DNA of 64,000 nucleotides. It comes from Octopus vulgaris (Eukaryota). Made by a program: the position numbers and the translations under genes. Positions within the stretch are counted from its first letter, which is position 1. Every line of letters begins with the position of its first letter. Under the pieces are notes generated by a model. It saw only the letters and a program-made list of their open reading frames with translations, had not been told where the DNA came from and ran no database searches. Where the stretch lies: NCBI GenBank assembly GCA_951406725.2, contig OX597823.1, positions 114,080,001-114,144,000 on the forward strand, given 5' to 3'. Shown piece by piece: positions 57,614-64,000 of the stretch.

Positions 57614-57963
57614 TGAAATGTCTATCAAATTTTCGTTTCCAAATAAGTTCTTTGGTGAAGTCATGGCAGTTCTTCTCCAATTGTGAATATGTAAAGAATC
57701 AAAACCGAATATATTCCTCATATTCATGATATCACGTGATCACGTGAGCCACTAGGCTAGTAGATACTGTTACACATCGCTGGTTACAATGCGCTTTTGC
57801 TTTGTTTTAGCATGTTTGAAATGACAGCATCCCGCTAACTAGGTGAGCAGGTCAACATGCCCCCCACTGAGCGAAGGGGAGGAGAGCAACATGAAATGTC
57901 TATTAAATTTTCACTTCCAAATAAGCTCTTTGGTGAAGTCATAGCAGTTCTGCCCCAATTGTG
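57614..57963. repeat. 72-bp direct repeats (57614-57685 / 57892-57963) flanking a ~206-bp repeat fragment
   Basis: TGAAATGTCTAT...CCAATTGTG occurs twice. The insert is similar to 17182-17293 and to the reverse complement of 59310-59424. Confidence 0.85.
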
Positions 57964-58078
57964 CTCACGTTCTAAAATGAAACCGTTTTTTTACATTTAT
58001 ACTCGTAATACGGCTTTGATGTAATCAAATTAGATTCTGTCTGCCAAGGTTCAAGTGTTTTATTTCCCTGCAAAAAGA

Positions 58079-58138
<60 letters not shown>

Positions 58139-59231
58139 GAGTATAAATGCACATCCATTTACAATATTATATTAAGAACGATATCAAAGTCAAGGAAATC
58201 ATTAGAAACCATTTTCTTGTCCTAATGTTACATTCTTAGAATATTCGAGAAAAATTATCAGATCATATATTTTCTACGTTCACCCGACTATATTAATTTA
58301 CTCAATACAGACTATAGTGTTTTCATTGATGTTTTTTTTTAACACAAACCAATGATAAGATTAAAAAGTTCTCTTAAATAACACCTAGCTTTGTGCTGTA
58401 ATCGGTTTCGTATAATTACTATGAACATAATCTACATATTAATTCATACTTGGTGATAAGACAGGTTTAACTTAATTACTGTATAAATCATCAAAGCGCA
58501 ACTTCGTTCTTAATTGAAGGTTTTTCTTAATTAACGTGCAATTTTTTCACCGCTTGGTAATGAAGAACATTTAAGTGATGTATTATAATGAAACATGTTT
58601 TACTATCGATTATATCGTCAATTTTCTTTGCAATATAATTTATGTTGAATATTAAATGACAACAGAATATATAAAATATTAATTCTACAGCTATTTTTGT
58701 GTTATTTAAATCGATGTCAACTTCGAAACTATGAGAAAAAAGAAAAACAAATAAACAAAAGAAATAAAGGTGTTAGTTTGATATTACACCATTGTCAACT
58801 AGTTAATAAAAATTTCAGACAGTATTCAATATCCAATACCACGGCTAATTAGCACCTAGCCAACTATTTGCTATTGATTTTTTATGTTCCATGTTGCGCC
58901 TGATAGAAATTCTTAACTCTAGACTAATGCCAGTATTTACCATTCTACGTTGCTTTCTATGAAAGTTTGCCCTTCTTTTCTATCTTTCATTTAGAATTAC
59001 AATTTCTATGTTGCTCATCTTTTTTATCTGTTCTACTGCCAAGTTTCTGTACGACGGGTGTTCGTTCATTGCCAAAATGAAAGACATCTCAGAACCAAAA
59101 CCGTTTCCACCCGCACTGTGTCAAAATTCTTCGCTGCGCAATATATTTTTAAAATTATAAAATTAGTTTCGGTTTACATTATTTACATTATTTACAATTG
59201 ACTGATATTTGTCCTCATCTTGTTTATTGTT

Positions 59232-59277
59232 AACACAACGTTTCGGCTGATATACCCTCCAGCCTTTATCAGGTGTC
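59232..59277 (-). ncRNA. Minimal type I hammerhead ribozyme motif (PLE-type; G8 changed to A)
   Basis: Minus strand GACAC-CTGATAA-A-GGCTG-GAGGGTATAT-CAGCC-GAAACGTT-GTGTT: stems I, II and palindromic III all present. Confidence 0.65.
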
Positions 59278-61321
59278 TTGGAGCATTGCAACCAGGTGCC
59301 AGGTCTTAGGCGCATTGCAACCAGCGATGTGTAACAGTATCTACTAGCCTAGGCGCTCACGTGATCTCGCGATATAATGCATATGAGGAACATATTCGGT
59401 TTTGTTTCTTTACGTATTCACATTTTCAATTCTATTATCGTTGTTCTCGTTGTTGTTGTGACTGTTACTGTTGTTGTGACTAACAAGCAGTATTATAGAA
59501 TATTGCTTTGAAGTGTTTGTTTAAGTTAATATCTATGCAAGAGTCTGACTACAATTATCATACTGATATGTTCGTAGCCTCCTTGCACATATTGCTTCCA
59601 GCATGCTCCCCCCGACGACAGCTCCATACACGGTGCGAAGCACTGCTACATAAATATTTTTGTAGTTAATTATTGAACAACTAGACTATTTTTTAATATT
59701 TATTATATATTATACCTAATCAAATAACACACAGAATACTAAAATTTTGTTATATGGTTTTTATATTCCAAGTGCTGCTGCCGTACTATCCACCGTGTGT
59801 ATTTAAAAATCTAATCCAAGTACTTTGATATTGTTTATGATATAAACACATTAATTTCAAACTTTTGCACAATGCCAGCAAGTTAGGGGCAGGAGGTAAG
59901 TTCATTACATCAACCCAGGCACTAAAGTGGTATTTATTTTATCGATCCCGGCTTCAAAACGATTCTGCCAGCTCACCACCATTCGCTGCCTTTTAATATT
60001 AGCATATATTAAAACATATTATATAAGGTATAATAACTGACATATTTGATTATACGAAAGATATATCTTTTTATTCACAATATTCAACAAACTGGATCAC
60101 ATAATAACGTGATGGTCCATGTTTCATGGAACATAAAATACTTACTGTCATCACAGTACAACATTTTGTGGGGAGTAATCCTGGTTTTGATACACCCAGT
60201 TCTAGGTTAGACTGGAGATCGAGTTAACTGACCATTTTATTCCGTTCGCATTATGTGAAATTATTTCTGTTAGATATTTCAAAACTTTTGCAGGGAAATT
60301 TTTTTGGTATATTAATGCTTGAAGTGTAGATACTTTGTACTATATCCAGTGTTCAAATAAAACCAATGATTAAAACGTCCTTAACATTCCTTCAGGAACT
60401 TCTTCATAATGACATAATTGGGATGCGTTTCACAATGCAGCACTCAGAATCAACATTTTCCCCAGAATTATTTTAAGTAGACTACCAATTTCCTGTTTTG
60501 TATCTCCACCAATAACATGAATGTAGTTGGATGATGGTCATTTATTTTGGGTGCAGAGGAAACCAAAATACATCTGATATGAAGTTTGTTCAGTAAGATA
60601 ACAATCGTCAACTAACGTGTCCTACGTTGCGCGATAACAGAAACAGTGGAATTTATTTAATAATCTATTTTGATGTTGGCCTCATGCCATGAGATGTTCT
60701 TAGCTCTCATGAGAAGCCTGTTGTATATATCATCAAGAACATCTTGAAGGTCCCTCTTCATAATCTAGGATTTAGCTCTATAGAAAAATAACGCATGCTC
60801 TGAAAAATGCAAGACTTGTTAAGTCTGAAGTACATGATAATTCTGAAGCTTTCGAACTTTCTTTGTAGCAATAAAATATTAAGATACACGCTCTTGAATC
60901 AACAGACTTAAATATATTTCTCTCATAAATTGTTGAATCTGTACTGATCGAGAGAAATTGATATCATTACCTCATTATATACTCATGTAAATGCTGTGAA
61001 AGTAAACATTAATATCGATCTATTCTAGATCGATACTGCAGTTTTCTATGTATGGATTCTTCCGATTCTCAACTAAGATGATAACTGATTTTAAAATCTC
61101 AACTGTAAATCTTTAGCAAATAAAAGTCACAGTTTTATGAGTTGCTAGCTTATGAGGTAAATATACTAGAACTATAACTCACTGTATAGAGTGATAAGAA
61201 CTTGACGTAACTTGTTTAACGCCTATACTTTTAATACTTCTTGTACTATTGCCCAAAGTTATAGATGAACGACCGGTAGTGTGTAAAGCTAAGAATTCTA
61301 TTTGCTGCTATTATAGTCGTC

Positions 61322-61841
61322 TGTGGAGGCGCAATGGCCCAGTGGTTAGGGTAGCGGACTTGCGGTTGTAGGATCGCGGTTTCGATTCCCAGACCGGGCA
61401 TTGTGAGTGTTTATTGAGCGAAAACACCTAAAGCTCTACGAGGATCCGGCAGGGGGTGGTGGTGAACCCTGCTGTACTCTTTCACCACAACTTTCACTCA
61501 CTCTTGCTTCCTGTCTCTGTTATACCTGTATTTCAGAGGGCCAGACTTGTCACACTCTGAGTCACGCTGAATCTCCCCGAGAACTAAGTTAAGGGTACAC
61601 CTTGCTTGTGGAGTGCTCAACCACTTGCACGTTAATAAATGAGATGCGACGTCACTGGTGCCAAGCTGTATCGGCCTTTGCCTTTCCCTTGGATAACATC
61701 GCTGGCGTGGAGAGGGGAGGCCGGTATGCATGGGGGACTGCTGATCTTCCATAAACAACCTTGCCCAGACTTGTGCCTCGGAGGGTAACTTTCTAGGTAC
61801 AATCCCATGGTCATTCATGAACAAAGGGAGTCACAATCACA
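61322..61841 (+). mobile_element. Chimeric SINE: family C 5' part fused to family D 3' part
   Basis: 61323-61636 matches the reverse complement of ~3329-3641; 61637-61832 matches 24235-24435. AGTCGTC flanks the element at 61315-61321 and 61842-61848. Confidence 0.85.
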
Positions 61842-64000
61842 AGTCGTCAACTACAAACTCATACCGTTAGAAGGGATTTCAACCGTGAATGCAAGTCAAC
61901 GCGGTAGCATCTATATGGTCAGTTACCCTATTAAAAATTTCAGTGAATTTTTATGAAGTCACATGTTACAATCTTACAAAAAGAATGACGCGTATGATTA
62001 ACAGTTGGATGATATATATTTCTAGATCAATGAAACGTTGATGGAGATAACGTGGCAAAAATATTATCATGCACGATATTTTGAAAGGTTTTTCGTCCTT
62101 ATTCCCAGGAATACTTTCTCAGCAACTCATTATATCTGTCGACCCGTATATAAGTACCTTGTTATGTGGTTGCACTTAAAGAATATAACTGATTTTGGTG
62201 AGACCTATTTCTTTTAAAATTTACGAAAAAAATTATTTTATCATTTAGTGGAACGTATCAAATATTTATTAACGCTTTGAAAAACATTATTTGAGAATTA
62301 ATTAATATCGTTGTTGGGGTTCACTTTACTAGTCATAGTTTTATATCCGTGGTAACGGATTCTGTTATTTTCATACGAAGGTTGTTTTTGTTCTTCGTTT
62401 GTTTTACGTAAAGTCAAAATGTCTCAGCAGATTAAAGAAATTCTGCTATTTATTTAGTATCACATGGAATTAAGAAAAAACATCAAAGATAATTAGAGTA
62501 AAATTAATATAATTATTCTGTCAGCGTTTCATGTTGCTTTTCAATTTAAATTTTTGCTTTGTTATAACGAAATCTGTTGTTACAGTCGCTTGCTCAGCGA
62601 TGTTGTGATTGTTATCTCTGTACTGGCGTCTGATATTTTTATCATTCTATACTACAAGTTTAAAATACTCCAAAATTAAACAAAGCTTGAGTAAAGAACA
62701 AATAAAATAAAGATAATTATATTCAAACAGTTTCGTGCTGAGATGACAGCACTTAAAAAATATGATTAGCGAAAGATTTCAGTTTCCAGATATAGACAAG
62801 GAGCTTTTGTCATATGTTAACTGTATCAATTATCACGACTGTCAACCTTTTCCTCATCGACGTTTCCATTAGAATTTCTACAATGTTTCAATGTTGTTGT
62901 TGTTGATCACATCGTAGTTGATGAAATTTAAATAGTTTATTCCGCCTACATGTCATTTCAATCAAACTGAATATTTTTAATGACTGACGCAAGTCACCCA
63001 GGGACGTCATCTGCACGAAAAAACATTAGTTGAATGATTACTTTCGAACAAGACAGGTAAATAGCAATCTGATTTGTTTCCCCTGCCAGCCTCGATTAGA
63101 TTTAGACACTCAGTTAACATTTTTCTCTCCTCATCACAATAAAGAGAGCTATGTCTAGCTAATTATTTATTGTCCATAACTACATTGGATATGTTAATAC
63201 AGACGTAGCTAAAAAATGTTATTTATTGTAATTCGATAAAATTAAAAGCCACATGGGGATGGAATCACTGAACTTTAGCTGTACTTACCACCACACGATA
63301 TTAAGCAACAGAAATTATCACAATAAACAGCCATTTGAATAAATATATCCATGAATGTTCTCTAATACATAATGTACTTTACCGTAAATCATTCTGTCAT
63401 GGAGCAGCTGAATCCTCTTGCTGGTTCTAATATCTACAATGTTCTAGAATCTACTTGAACACCTTCAGATATTGTGTACACAAGTTAAACGTTGTGTAAT
63501 CAGATCCAACGTTATGTATTTCATTGACTTTGTGGGATGACTGGTCAATTCTACATGGCTCGTAAATATGGTCAACAGATATCAAATTCTCTGGAAATAC
63601 TACTTAGGTAGACTAGTGTTATTTCCATGGTAAATTAATACTATTTTACTTGTTAAATACAACTGTTCGAAATTAAATATTTTAAAGAACTATTGTGAAC
63701 TAAGGAACCATATTGATATAATATAGTGTTCCGCACAAGACGCCTTGAGGTGGTCAGAGATGTTTCTTTACCAAAATCCGTTTTAGATTTCATACACCAT
63801 GTGTCGATAATATAAAGAGCTGCTCAAGCACTGGGGGTGGGGTTCATCATAATAGAGCTACTCTGTCGCTCAGAATGTGTACCCTGCCTTTTTAAAGATT
63901 CTAAATCATGGTGAGCTATCTTACTAAGTAGGTATACGGTGTGGAAAAAAATTAGGCATTTCCAATGTGTCACGTAATCATTCCATCAGCAGGATTACTA

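Noticed and set aside
61323-61397. tRNA-like sequence as a tRNA gene (also 3567-3641 and 24108-24172)
   Set aside because: It continues into a SINE body, has no oligo-T terminator and has a poor acceptor stem.

Overview
AT-rich eukaryotic DNA saturated with microsatellites. The SINE repertoire and repeat density suggest intronic or intergenic cephalopod (Octopus-like) sequence; this is inferred, not proven. No intact host gene is evident, and nearly all ORFs in the track are translations of simple repeats. Content: (i) four tRNA-derived SINE types, including one that forms head-to-tail multimers, plus a chimeric copy; (ii) young Dong/R4-like RLE LINE 3' ends in (TAA)n tracts and older RLE, CR1 and Jockey remnants; (iii) a decayed Penelope-like (PLE) reverse transcriptase interrupted by a non-autonomous Helitron; (iv) a Tc1/mariner (DD37D-like) remnant. 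The main signal is a recurring set of fold-back/inverted-repeat elements embedded in (TA)n tracts. Many carry minimal type-I hammerhead ribozyme (HHR) motifs with palindromic stem III. The best case is a 1.15-kb element (31359-32509) with an intact hammerhead core in each terminal inverted repeat. These look like non-autonomous, ribozyme-bearing PLE derivatives (retrozyme-like). All alignments were done by eye.
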